The notes under the pieces are model-generated. The model did no database searches. It was not told where the DNA came from and saw only the letters and a list, made by a program, of their open reading frames with translations. This document shows, one piece after another, positions 17,769-27,300 of a DNA stretch of 64,000 nucleotides (the stretch's first letter is position 1; every line of letters starts with the position of its first letter). The position numbers and the translations under genes are program-made. The DNA comes from an uncultured Bacillales bacterium (GTDB taxonomy: Bacteria > Bacillota_I > Bacilli_A > RFN20 > CAG-826): contig CAMKQK010000002.1 of NCBI GenBank assembly GCA_946414915.1, forward strand, positions 9,377 through 73,376. Direction: 5' to 3'.

Positions 17769-18020
17769 ATGGTATACAACATTAATATTACAAATCTTAG
17801 AAAAGACTTATACAAAATCAATGACTCTATCATCAACACTGGCATGATAGTTAATGTTTCAAGCAAAGCCGGTGATGTTGTGATGATTTCAAAAGATGAA
17901 TACAACTCTTTAATTGAAACGCTTTATCTTTCTTCCAATGCTGAGATTAAACAATCCATCATCGACGGAATGAAGGCTACTCATGATGAATGCGTTAGTG
18001 AAGAAGATGTAGTCTGGTAA
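17769..18020 (+). CDS. yefM: Phd/YefM-family type II antitoxin
   Basis: 83 aa, N-terminus ITNLRKDLYKI..., ISKDEYNSLIETLYL motif. Its stop overlaps the downstream toxin ATG (TAATG). Confidence 0.8.
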   Translation: MVYNINITNLRKDLYKINDSIINTGMIVNVSSKAGDVVMISKDEYNSLIETLYLSSNAEIKQSIIDGMKATHDECVSEEDVVW

Positions 18021-18280
18021 TGTATAAGATTGAGTATACAAAGTAAGCTGTTAAAGACGTTGAATTAATAAAAGTAGCAAAATTAGATAACAAAGTAAAA
18101 AACTTAATAGAAATACTAAGAAATAATCCCTTTGAAAAATATCCTCCATATGAAAAATTGATTGGTGATTTATTGGGGGCATATTCTAGAAGGATCAATA
18201 TCCATCATCATCTTGTATACATGGTGTTTGAAAAAGAAAAGATAGTCCGTATTTTGAGAATGTGGACGCATTATGAATAA
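18020..18280 (+). pseudogene. yoeB: YoeB/Txe-family toxin gene interrupted by an in-frame TAA at codon 9
   Basis: ATG 18020, MYKIEYTK, then TAA at 18044-18046. The same frame continues as AVKDVELIK...YPPYEKLIGDLLGAYSRRINIHHHLVYMVFEKEKIVRILRMWTHYE to TAA at 18278-18280. Confidence 0.75.
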
Positions 18281-18287
18281 AAGCAAT

Positions 18288-18320
18288 AACCCAGGCAACT
18301 CTGGGTTTTCTTTTGTTTTT
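18288..18320 (+). terminator. Rho-independent terminator
   Basis: AACCCAG (18288-18294) / CTGGGTT (18301-18307), then TTCTTTTGTTTTT. Confidence 0.85.
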
Positions 18321-18493
18321 ATCTGCATTGTAAAAAGCACAATATAGTATAAAAAATACAAAAAGTGGAATAAGTCAGCATTGTAACGAATGGTTTACAA
18401 TTCATATAACGTGTCTAATGTTTGTAAGCATAGTTTTGTTTTGAGATATATTTTGTAAAAATTAATTGATGTGTAAAAAATACAACTGATATA

Positions 18494-18841
18494 ATGCAAG
18501 ACATGGACTTAGGTGAAAGATTTAAAACATATCGTTTAAAACAAAAACTATCTCAAAAAGAAGCTGCGGATTTGATTGGCGTTAAATCCTACCAATTAGC
18601 GAACTATGAAACAAATCGTAGTGAGCCTTCTATTCAAACACTTAAAAACATGTCCATGGTCTATCATATATCTATTGATAAACTAGTGAATAACGTGCAA
18701 CTTGGTAGTGTTTCTATTGAGGAACAGAAAGTGTTTGAAGAAGAAAAAGCTCTCTTCACTAAGAAGTTAGAAGAGATTCTTGAAGCTTTAAAAGATTGGG
18801 AAGTTAACGACACAAAAAAGTACCCCTTTCCTAATGTCTAG
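18494..18841 (+). CDS. XRE-family HTH transcriptional regulator
   Basis: HTH core LSQKEAADLIGVKSYQLANYETNRSEPS. Lies immediately upstream of the capsule locus. Confidence 0.7.
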   Translation: MQDMDLGERFKTYRLKQKLSQKEAADLIGVKSYQLANYETNRSEPSIQTLKNMSMVYHISIDKLVNNVQLGSVSIEEQKVFEEEKALFTKKLEEILEALKDWEVNDTKKYPFPNV

Positions 18842-19136
18842 GATTTGGGGTACCTTTCAGAATAAATCTCCAGGTCTTTTATTTTCCAAAACTATGCTTG
18901 TGAAACAAAACTCTTCCTCACCAAAGCGTTATTATGTATAATAAGGGCAAGAAAGATAAAATATTTGTCTAAAAGACATCATAAATATTTTGCTCAATTG
19001 ATTGTTGAATATTATGAATAACATCGTTAAACATTGTAGTCACTACGCGTTCATCGCTTGTTTAAGTGATGTTTTTTATTTCAATAAAATTGACGCTGAC
19101 TGATGTCTAGAATGTAAAAACTACATTTATAATGTA

Positions 19137-19169
19137 CTTATCTTTCAGTTGTGCTAATTGAAAGATAAG
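19137..19169 (+). promoter_or_regulatory. Perfect 11-bp hairpin in the capsule-operon leader
   Basis: CTTATCTTTCA (19137-19147), 11-nt loop, TGAAAGATAAG (19159-19169), with no T-run. A TATAAT box sits at 19128-19133 just upstream. Confidence 0.4.
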
Positions 19170-19223
19170 CGCAAGATATAAAATAGTATTTTATCCAAAA
19201 AACAACTTGAGGGGGTTAAGTTT

Positions 19224-20027
19224 ATGGACGAAGAAAAACAAGTCGTCGAAGAAGGTAGGGGCTTAACGTTTAAAGATATTCTATTTATCATCCGTAAGCA
19301 CTGGATTGCTATCATCGTATTTATCTTTTTAGGTACCGCTGCCGGCTTCACTTGGACCAAAGTCGAACAAAGAGTTAGACCTGTTTATAAAAGCACAGGT
19401 ACAATGTTAGTTTCCTATGATAGTGGTAAAGATACCCAAATCACCACTGAATATAACTTCTCTAACTACATTACCAATACTTATGTCGCTTTCATTAAAG
19501 AAGAAGCTGTCTTAAGTAAAGCAGCGGATAAGTTAAACGAAAACAAGGATCTTTTAAAGAAACCAATTGAATATACCGCTGGTAACTTAAAGAGCAATCT
19601 TTCAGTGAGCGCTAATTCACTTATCTTAACAGTGTCCTATACCGCTAGTGATGCAGATGACGCTAAAACAATCTTACAAACTGTCATTGATACCGCTAGT
19701 GAAGTAGCGGATTCACCAAAAACAGATGAACAAGGTAATGTGATTTTAGATAGTGAAGGTAATCCAGAACCAAAATATAAATTCTTAAATGGTAACTTAA
19801 CACCTGTTAGTGAAGCTAAGAAAGGCAAACAAGTTAGTAACACCTTAAGAAATACCGCAATCGGTTTAGCCGCTGGTGTTGTTGCTGCCTTCTTATATGT
19901 TGTTTTAAGAGAATTACTAGATAATAAATTCAAATCAAGCGAAGAAGTCGAAAGAATGCTTGGTGTCCCAGTCCTCGCTGGTATCCCAGACTATCATTTC
20001 GATGATGAAAAGAAAGGTGGTAAGTAA
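19224..20027 (+). CDS. Wzz/CpsC-type chain-length determinant (BY-kinase transmembrane modulator)
   Basis: TM-loop-TM topology and the C-terminal GVPVLAGIP motif. RBS GAGGGGG. Confidence 0.85.
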   Translation: MDEEKQVVEEGRGLTFKDILFIIRKHWIAIIVFIFLGTAAGFTWTKVEQRVRPVYKSTGTMLVSYDSGKDTQITTEYNFSNYITNTYVAFIKEEAVLSKAADKLNENKDLLKKPIEYTAGNLKSNLSVSANSLILTVSYTASDADDAKTILQTVIDTASEVADSPKTDEQGNVILDSEGNPEPKYKFLNGNLTPVSEAKKGKQVSNTLRNTAIGLAAGVVAAFLYVVLRELLDNKFKSSEEVERMLGVPVLAGIPDYHFDDEKKGGK

Positions 20028-20029
20028 TT

Positions 20030-20830
20030 ATGGCTTTCGGTTTACGTAAACATCACTCAGTCAAACATACAGTTACTGATAATCCACACTATAGAATCAT
20101 TACTGTTGAAGAACCATTATCTATTGCCGCTGAATCTTATAGACGAATTAAGACTTCCTTAGAATTCGCTAATGTTGATAAACGAATCCAAGTCATCCAA
20201 GTTTGTTCATCTATGCAAGGCGAAGGTAAATCAGTTACCGCTTTAAATATCGCTGCTACATATGCAGAAGATGGTAAGAAAGTATTAGTTGTGGACTTAG
20301 ACTTCAGAAGACCAAAACTTCACCGTTCATTTAGAAGAGAAAATAAAAATGGTATCACCGATGTTCTCGCGGAACACATTAAGTTAGAAGACGCTATTAT
20401 CCGTGGCGAAAATGGTATCGACTGCTTAAATAGAGGTAGCAAAGCTCCATTCCCAACCGCCTTATTAGGCAGTGAAGGCATGGCTAAGTTATTCGAAGAA
20501 CTTAGAAAAGAATATGAATACATCATTGTTGACTGCCCACCTATCTTAGCCGTTAGTGATGCTGCAATCATCTCTAAATTATGTGATGGCTGCTTATTCG
20601 TTGTTAGCCAAGCTAAAACTGAAAAAGCCGCTGCTAGAGAATCAGTCAAGATTCTTAGAGATAATGGCGTCAACATCTTAGGTGTTGTCTTTGCTAATAT
20701 CTCTGCTAAACGTGGTAATTACTACTACAGCAATAAATACAAATACTATTACCAAAACTACTATGGTAAAGATAATGCTCCTGATGGTAGCAAAGCTCCA
20801 GAAGAAGCCGAAGAAGAGAAAGAAAACTAG
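20030..20830 (+). CDS. CpsD/CapB-type bacterial tyrosine (BY) kinase
   Basis: Walker A GEGKS, Walker A' VVDLDFRRP, Walker B IIVDCPP, C-terminal tyrosine cluster YYYSNKYKYYYQNYYG. Confidence 0.9.
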   Translation: MAFGLRKHHSVKHTVTDNPHYRIITVEEPLSIAAESYRRIKTSLEFANVDKRIQVIQVCSSMQGEGKSVTALNIAATYAEDGKKVLVVDLDFRRPKLHRSFRRENKNGITDVLAEHIKLEDAIIRGENGIDCLNRGSKAPFPTALLGSEGMAKLFEELRKEYEYIIVDCPPILAVSDAAIISKLCDGCLFVVSQAKTEKAAARESVKILRDNGVNILGVVFANISAKRGNYYYSNKYKYYYQNYYGKDNAPDGSKAPEEAEEEKEN

Positions 20831-20839
20831 TTTATAAAT

Positions 20840-21502
20840 ATGATTGATATCCATACCCATGTTATTCCTTGTGTCGATGATGGTAGTCACTCCATTGAAG
20901 AGTCACTAGCCATGATTAAGCATGAAATAGATATTGGAGTGGATACCATCATCTGCACTCCACATCATATCTATCATCGATATGAAAAAAGTGTGGAAGA
21001 AATAACAAAGCAATTCAATCTTCTTAAAGAAGCGGTAGAGAAAGAAAATCTACCCGTAAAACTATATTTAGGTCAAGAGATTTGCTACACCCATCGTGAA
21101 GATCAAATCAAGATGTTAAAAGAAGGCAAGTTATTGACTTTAAATAACACTAATAGGATTCTCCTTGAATTCTCATTTACAAGAGAACCAGAAGATGTCT
21201 TAGATGTTATCTATAACTTCTCCGTTAATGGATACGAAGTCATCGTAGCGCATGTCGAACGTTATGAATGGATGACATATGACAAAGTGGTGGCGCTACG
21301 TCAAGAAGGTGCCTTAATCCAAATTAACTCCAATTCTTATCTAGGTATGACGACTTGGAAAGAAAAGAAATTAACAAAGAAACTATTAAAGCACAATCTC
21401 GTGGACTATGTCGCAAGTGATACGCATAGTTTCAGACCATCCACACTGGATAAGTCATTTAAGAAAATCAAAAACCCTGACTTATTCAACTACGTAAGAT
21501 AG
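20840..21502 (+). CDS. CpsB/YwqE-type PHP-family protein-tyrosine phosphatase
   Basis: MIDIHTHVIPCVDDGS, CTPH, AHVERY, SDTHS motifs. Confidence 0.85.
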   Translation: MIDIHTHVIPCVDDGSHSIEESLAMIKHEIDIGVDTIICTPHHIYHRYEKSVEEITKQFNLLKEAVEKENLPVKLYLGQEICYTHREDQIKMLKEGKLLTLNNTNRILLEFSFTREPEDVLDVIYNFSVNGYEVIVAHVERYEWMTYDKVVALRQEGALIQINSNSYLGMTTWKEKKLTKKLLKHNLVDYVASDTHSFRPSTLDKSFKKIKNPDLFNYVR

Positions 21503-21650
21503 TTAACTCTTACAAAACTCCTTCTTATTCTATATCACTAGGTCGAAGCCTGTGGCACCTCAATAGGGTATAGATGTCATCATCTTATCTAGGTATATTT
21601 ATTGGACTATATCTAATGAACCAGCATGCGATAAAAATGGGAGATTAAGT

Positions 21651-22184
21651 ATGTATTACGTCATTCAAGTCAAAACCGGAAAAGAACAGAAAGCCATCGA
21701 AGACATATTGAAGAATAAGCCAGACGATGCTTCTTTCGACGTCTTCTCACCATATCGCAAATCTCTTCGTAAATATAAGGGCGAAAATAAAGAAGTCATC
21801 GAAAGATGCTTCCCTGGCTATATTTTTGTCGAAACAAATGATGTTAAACAGTTATTCAGACAGTTATATTTCACTCCAGGATTTCAAAAGCTATTAGGTA
21901 GAGAAGAAGGAACAGAGAACTTCGTTCCCCTTGATAAAGATGAAAGCCGTATGATTGATATTCTTTATAGTGCGAACAATTCACGTATCACAGAAATTAG
22001 TCACATCGAAGTTAAAGAAGGAGAAATGATTAGAGTTTTAGATGGCCCATTATTAGGCCTAGAAACTCAAATCAAAAAAGTCAATCTCCATAAACGTACC
22101 GTTATAGTGGAATTTACACTTTGTGGTCGTTTAGTGGAGGCTAATGTCGGAATCGACTTCGTCACAAATATCATTAACAAATAA
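21651..22184 (+). CDS. NusG-paralog transcription antiterminator (LoaP/UpxY-like)
   Basis: NGN-like N-terminus YYVIQVKTGKEQKA and KOW-like GEMIRVLDGPLLGLETQIKKV. Embedded in a polysaccharide operon. Confidence 0.75.
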   Translation: MYYVIQVKTGKEQKAIEDILKNKPDDASFDVFSPYRKSLRKYKGENKEVIERCFPGYIFVETNDVKQLFRQLYFTPGFQKLLGREEGTENFVPLDKDESRMIDILYSANNSRITEISHIEVKEGEMIRVLDGPLLGLETQIKKVNLHKRTVIVEFTLCGRLVEANVGIDFVTNIINK

Positions 22185-22189
22185 TCAAT

Positions 22190-24157
22190 ATGAAAATCAG
22201 TAACAAACACAAATTCTCGTTCTTCCCAATTAGATGGTTGCTCATCCCTTATGACACGCTCATCTATATGGCGGTGATTGTGTTTGCTTTTATTATCTAT
22301 AAAAAACCGATTACCAGCGATGGTGCTTTGTTAAGCTGGTTACAAATCTTATGGCACTTCTTAATTGGCAATGCTTGTGTCGTTTTATCCAGATTTTTCT
22401 GGAGAGTATATGGTCAAATCTGGAGATATGGTGGTGTCGCAAGTTATATTCGCATTATGATTGCCGATACGTGCGCTTTGATAGTGTACTGGTTCATTCA
22501 AAGATTTGTTCCAGGCATTGGTAATATTGGCTTTGTTATAGTCACCCTTGTAGTATTCGCTAATACGCTTATTTGTTTAGCGGTACGTATGGTGTATCGT
22601 TTAGTTTATAAGAAGTTAGATAGAACCACCAAGTTTGGTAGATTTGTGACTAAAACAATCAATATCTTTGGTCGTTCTAATTGGTCCATTAATGATAAGG
22701 GCGATCCAATTGAAAAGATTAAAATCGCAATCATTGGTGCGGGTGTTGTTGGTACCGCTCTCGCGGAAGAATTAGGTAACAACCCACACAGTGTTTATAA
22801 AGCTGTTTGCTTTGTTGATAATGACCCAGAAAAATTAGGTAGAGAAATCTACGGTTTAGAAGTCATTGATGAAGGAGAAGATGCTCCTGAATTATTAAAA
22901 GACTTTAACGTTCAAGAAGTTGTTTTAGCCTTACCTGGCACAGTTGAAGGCGAAGAAAGAAAAATGCTATACCAACGTTATAAAAACGCTGGTTTTAAAG
23001 TTAAATCTTATGACTATCCTTCAATGCAGAATACTCAAAAAGGTAAGAGAACTTTAAGAGAATTCGATATTGAAGACTTGTTATTTAGAAAAGAACAAGA
23101 AGTAATTACAGATGCGACTGTTAATTACTACAAAGAAAAAGTTATCTTAGTCACCGGTGGTGGTGGTTCCATAGGCTCCGAAATTGCTAGACAATTAGCG
23201 AAAATGGAACCAAGACAACTTATTCTTTTAGATATCTATGAAAACGGTGTCTATGATGTTCAACAGGAATTAAGAATTGAATATGGTGATACTTTAGATC
23301 TCAAGATTGAAATCTGTTCCATCACTAATAAAGCAGCATTAGAAAAAGTCTTTAGAGAATATAAACCAAATATTGTTATTATGGCCGCTGCTCATAAACA
23401 TGTTCCGCTTATGGAACATAATATTGTTGAAGCAATTGATAACAACGTCTTTGGTACATTAAATACCGTTTTACTCGCGGAAAAATATGGCGCAGATCGT
23501 GTCCATATGGTAAGTACAGATAAAGCAGTTAATCCAACAAACGTTATGGGCGCGACAAAACGTATGTGTGAAATGATTTGTATGACACATGCCGCGATTA
23601 AACAACACACTAAGTTCTCCGCAACTAGATTTGGTAATGTATTAGGTTCTGCTGGTAGCGTTATCCCATTATTTAAAAAGCAAATTCAAAATGGTGGTCC
23701 AGTCACTATAACTGATAAACGTATTATTAGATATTTCATGACTATTCCTGAAGCATCTCAATTAGTTTTACACAGCGCGACAATCGCTAAAAATGGCGAA
23801 CTTATGGTTTTAGATATGGGTCAGCCAGTTAAAATCTATGACTTAGCCGTGTCCATCATAAAAATGGCGGGCTTCGAACCTGATAAAGATATTGAAATTA
23901 GAGAAACTGGCTTAAGACCGGGCGAAAAGCTTTATGAAGAATTGCTTGTTAAAGATGAGCATTTAACAAAAACAAGCAATAAAAAAATCTTTATCGAAAA
24001 AGATACACCAGTTAGTTTGGAAGAACTTAACGCTAAATTAGATAAACTCGCTAAGGCTGTTGAAGTAGAGGACGATAAACTCGCTAAACAAGCCTTAAAA
24101 GAAGCAGTGCCTACCTATATAAATGGTGATGGCACTAATGGTGGAGGAATGAAATAG
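22190..24157 (+). CDS. Membrane-anchored CapD/PglF-type nucleotide-sugar 4,6-dehydratase
   Basis: Four N-terminal TMs, two Rossmann motifs (IGAGVVG, VTGGGGSIGSE), and the STDKAVNPTNVMGATKR catalytic region. Confidence 0.85.
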   Translation: MKISNKHKFSFFPIRWLLIPYDTLIYMAVIVFAFIIYKKPITSDGALLSWLQILWHFLIGNACVVLSRFFWRVYGQIWRYGGVASYIRIMIADTCALIVYWFIQRFVPGIGNIGFVIVTLVVFANTLICLAVRMVYRLVYKKLDRTTKFGRFVTKTINIFGRSNWSINDKGDPIEKIKIAIIGAGVVGTALAEELGNNPHSVYKAVCFVDNDPEKLGREIYGLEVIDEGEDAPELLKDFNVQEVVLALPGTVEGEERKMLYQRYKNAGFKVKSYDYPSMQNTQKGKRTLREFDIEDLLFRKEQEVITDATVNYYKEKVILVTGGGGSIGSEIARQLAKMEPRQLILLDIYENGVYDVQQELRIEYGDTLDLKIEICSITNKAALEKVFREYKPNIVIMAAAHKHVPLMEHNIVEAIDNNVFGTLNTVLLAEKYGADRVHMVSTDKAVNPTNVMGATKRMCEMICMTHAAIKQHTKFSATRFGNVLGSAGSVIPLFKKQIQNGGPVTITDKRIIRYFMTIPEASQLVLHSATIAKNGELMVLDMGQPVKIYDLAVSIIKMAGFEPDKDIEIRETGLRPGEKLYEELLVKDEHLTKTSNKKIFIEKDTPVSLEELNAKLDKLAKAVEVEDDKLAKQALKEAVPTYINGDGTNGGGMK

Positions 24158-24159
24158 TA

Positions 24160-24831
24160 ATGAATTTTTTAGTAGTTGTTGCTCATCCAGATGATGAGGT
24201 TTTGGGAGCCGGAGCTACCATCCATAAATTAATTGAAGCCGGTCATAAAGTAGCCGTTGTTACTATGGCAAATCATGCAGCTGCTCGTGCCAATATTTCT
24301 GCTACTCTGGTAGATGATCAAAAGAAAGCGTTTGAAATTATGGGCGTAACTAAATCGTACGCTGCTGATTTTCCAAATATTAAAATGAACACAGTTCCTC
24401 ATTTAGACTTAGTGCAGTTTGTTGAAAAATGCATTGAAGACTTTGGAGCAGATGCGATCATCACACATCATCCAAGTGATACAAATAATGATCATGTTGT
24501 GACAAGTTATGCTGTTCAAGCAGCTTGCAGATTATTTCAAAGAAAACCAAATGTTCCTGAATTGAAGGAATTACTGTACATGGAAGTTCCATCCTCAACA
24601 GAATGGAGCTTTGATAGCAGCGCTAATCGTTTTACACCCAATTATTTCATTGAAATTGGTAAAGATGGTGTAGAGCTTAAACTAAAAGCAATCGGAGCTT
24701 ATAAAGGCGTTATGAGACCATATCCACATCCAAGAAGCAATGAAGCGATTGAAGGATTGGCGGCATATCGTGGCGCTCAATCAGGCTGTAATTACGCTGA
24801 AGCATTTGAGTGTGCTTTTAAAAGACAATAA
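24160..24831 (+). CDS. PIG-L/LmbE-family deacetylase
   Basis: VVVAHPDDEVLG motif and HPSDTNNDH zinc-binding-type motif. Confidence 0.8.
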   Translation: MNFLVVVAHPDDEVLGAGATIHKLIEAGHKVAVVTMANHAAARANISATLVDDQKKAFEIMGVTKSYAADFPNIKMNTVPHLDLVQFVEKCIEDFGADAIITHHPSDTNNDHVVTSYAVQAACRLFQRKPNVPELKELLYMEVPSSTEWSFDSSANRFTPNYFIEIGKDGVELKLKAIGAYKGVMRPYPHPRSNEAIEGLAAYRGAQSGCNYAEAFECAFKRQ

Positions 24832-24833
24832 AA

Positions 24834-25502
24834 ATGTACAAGCATTTTCTAAAAAGAGTTATCGATTTTTTGTTGGCCTTTTTAGGAATACTATTATCAT
24901 CACCAATTTGGATTATTACCATCGTTGGAATTCTAATTAACAACTTTGGTCCAATTTTTTACCTTTCGACAAGAGTTGGAAAGAACAATAAAGAATTTAA
25001 GATGATTAAGTTTAGGTCTATGAGAGTGGTAAAAGATGATGACGAGTCGTCTCTTAGACCAGATCAAGATAGAATCTTCTTTGTTGGCAAAATTATTAGA
25101 AAGTTTAAAATTGATGAACTACCTCAACTCATAAATATTCTAATTGGTAATATGGCAATAGTGGGTCCTCGCCCAGTTGCTAAACACCAAATGGATATAT
25201 TCAGAGTGGGCAAATATGATGAAGCTAAGGTTGTGAGACCAGGTTTAACAGGGCCTGCTGCTATTTATGACTATATTTACGGAGATCAATTTGAAGATAA
25301 AGATCTTGATAAATATACCCAAGAAGTGTTGCCAACAAGAAGAGTATTAGAACTCGTATACGTTAAGAAATATGGGTTTTTATTTGATATGAAGATGTTT
25401 TTTTGGACTGCTTGGTCTGTGATATGCAATATGTTTAAAAAAACACCAAAGAAAATGCTCAATAAGCTTACAATGATGGCGGAAGAGAGTACAGGACAAT
25501 GA
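24834..25502 (+). CDS. Undecaprenyl-phosphate sugar phosphotransferase (small PglC/WbaP-C type initiating transferase)
   Basis: Re-entrant N-terminal helix, KFRSM, DELPQLINILIGNMAIVGPRP. Confidence 0.85.
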   Translation: MYKHFLKRVIDFLLAFLGILLSSPIWIITIVGILINNFGPIFYLSTRVGKNNKEFKMIKFRSMRVVKDDDESSLRPDQDRIFFVGKIIRKFKIDELPQLINILIGNMAIVGPRPVAKHQMDIFRVGKYDEAKVVRPGLTGPAAIYDYIYGDQFEDKDLDKYTQEVLPTRRVLELVYVKKYGFLFDMKMFFWTAWSVICNMFKKTPKKMLNKLTMMAEESTGQ

Positions 25503-26356
25503 CAATACTTGTGACTGGCTCTGCAGGAATGATTGGAAGCAATCTTTGTCAAGAACTCCTTAAAAACGGATATAACGTTATCGGTATCGACAAAAAGCCA
25601 ATCACATTCGAAGGGCAATATGAGCACTTCGAAATTGATTTAGGAAACGCTGATGATTTAGAAAAGGTATTTCGTGAGAAAAAGATAGATAGAGTTATTC
25701 ATCTTGCAGCATTAGCACATACAATGGGTGGCAAGAAGTATCCTAAAAAGATGTATGAATATTTTAATATTGAGTGCGCGAATAACATTTTCAAAGTTTC
25801 CGCAAATAATAGTGTCCCCGTCTTATTCATAAGCACTGTTGATGTGTTCGGCTTTCAAAAAGGAATTGTTAATTCAGAAACCGTTTGTAAACCAGTAACC
25901 GTGTATGGAAAGACAAAATTAAAAGCTGAAGAATTATTAAAGAATAGTGGTGCCAAGTATAGTATCTTTAGGTTTTCCCCCGTTTATACAAAAGAAATAA
26001 AAAGAGACATTCAAAAGCGTTATTATCTAAAATTTCCTAATTGGGCATACGTTGTCGGAAAAGGTACCGATTACGAAGTTTTAAGCATTGATTTAGCGAT
26101 TAACTCAATAATTCGTTGGTGCAGAGAGACTCCAAATAATGGAATTAGGATTATTAAAGATTTGGAACCATTGAATACTAGGCAAGCTATCGCAAAAGAG
26201 AAAGAGATTGGGATGGCAAAACATGTTATCCGTTTTCCTAGATGGGTTATCGTTGTTGGATATTATATTTTAAGACTATCAGGAAAAAACAAAATCACAT
26301 TTTTGATAAACAAAGTTTTATATCCGTTGAGGAGTGGATTGAATGGAAATACATAA
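25499..26356 (+). CDS. NAD-dependent epimerase/dehydratase (SDR) family protein
   Basis: VTGSAGMIGSNL Rossmann motif and YGKTK catalytic YxxxK. Confidence 0.75.
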   Translation: MTILVTGSAGMIGSNLCQELLKNGYNVIGIDKKPITFEGQYEHFEIDLGNADDLEKVFREKKIDRVIHLAALAHTMGGKKYPKKMYEYFNIECANNIFKVSANNSVPVLFISTVDVFGFQKGIVNSETVCKPVTVYGKTKLKAEELLKNSGAKYSIFRFSPVYTKEIKRDIQKRYYLKFPNWAYVVGKGTDYEVLSIDLAINSIIRWCRETPNNGIRIIKDLEPLNTRQAIAKEKEIGMAKHVIRFPRWVIVVGYYILRLSGKNKITFLINKVLYPLRSGLNGNT

Positions 26357-27290
26357 TAGAAAGGTTGCAATCATTGGCGCGGGATTTGTTGGATCTTCTA
26401 TTGCCTATGCTTTGACTTTAAAAAACTTAGCTAACGAAATTATCTTAGTCGACATTGATAAGAAAAAAGCCGAAGGAGAAGCTCTTGATATACAACATGG
26501 TATCTCGTATATGGGGCGATCATCTGTACGCGCAGGCGACTACTCTGATTGTTCTGATTGTGATTTGATTGTTGTGACAGCTGGTAGAAATCGTCGAAAA
26601 GGTGAAACAAGATTGGATATGGTACAAGATAATCTTAAAATCATGGATTCTGTTGTTTCTAAACTCAAAAAACACTATACAAGAGGAGCGATAATAATAA
26701 TATCTAATCCTGTTGACATTTTAACTTATTATGTCGATAAGAAAATGGGCCTTCCTAATGGTAGAGTGTTTGGAACCGGCTGTATTTTAGACACTTCTCG
26801 CCTTATTAGAGAATTGGCGAATTATACTGGTTTAAGTACCGAAGTTGTAAAGTGCAATATAATTGGTGAACATGGGGACACTCAAATACCAGTTTGGAGT
26901 AGACTTGCAATTGCTGGTGTTCCTATGGATGAGTACTGTCAAAATGTTGGCTTGAGATGGGACGATTCTGTTAGGGAGCAATTATATTCTAAAGTTAAAA
27001 CGATGGGATCTACAATTATTGAAGATAAAGGGCGTACGCACTACGGCATTGCAACTTGTGTTTGCTCTTTAGCGGATGCAGTTTTAAATCAAAGGTTAAC
27101 TATTGCTTCGGTAACAACTCCATTAACTGGTCAATATAATATTAATGATGTCGCATTAAGCTTGCCATCAATTATTGGTGTAAACGGAGTGGAAAATAGA
27201 CTTGTTGAGTATTTAAGTAACGATGAATATAAAGCACTGCAAATTAGTTCAAAAAAAATGAAGGAAACGATTGCTTCGATAAAAATATAA
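26343..27290 (+). CDS. L-lactate/malate dehydrogenase-family oxidoreductase embedded in the capsule locus
   Basis: VAIIGAGFVGSS, VVTAGRNRRKGETRLD, IGEHGDTQIPVWS: canonical LDH-type motifs. Confidence 0.8.
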   Translation: MEIHNRKVAIIGAGFVGSSIAYALTLKNLANEIILVDIDKKKAEGEALDIQHGISYMGRSSVRAGDYSDCSDCDLIVVTAGRNRRKGETRLDMVQDNLKIMDSVVSKLKKHYTRGAIIIISNPVDILTYYVDKKMGLPNGRVFGTGCILDTSRLIRELANYTGLSTEVVKCNIIGEHGDTQIPVWSRLAIAGVPMDEYCQNVGLRWDDSVREQLYSKVKTMGSTIIEDKGRTHYGIATCVCSLADAVLNQRLTIASVTTPLTGQYNINDVALSLPSIIGVNGVENRLVEYLSNDEYKALQISSKKMKETIASIKI

Positions 27291-27300
27291 CAAATTGTTT

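Noticed and set aside
18044-18046. The in-frame TAA in yoeB considered as evidence for an alternative genetic code or a sense-recoded stop.
   Set aside because: TAA, TAG and TGA all terminate well-supported full-length genes throughout the window (for example dxs, rfbA and the histidine kinase). A simple nonsense mutation, or a sequencing error, is more parsimonious.
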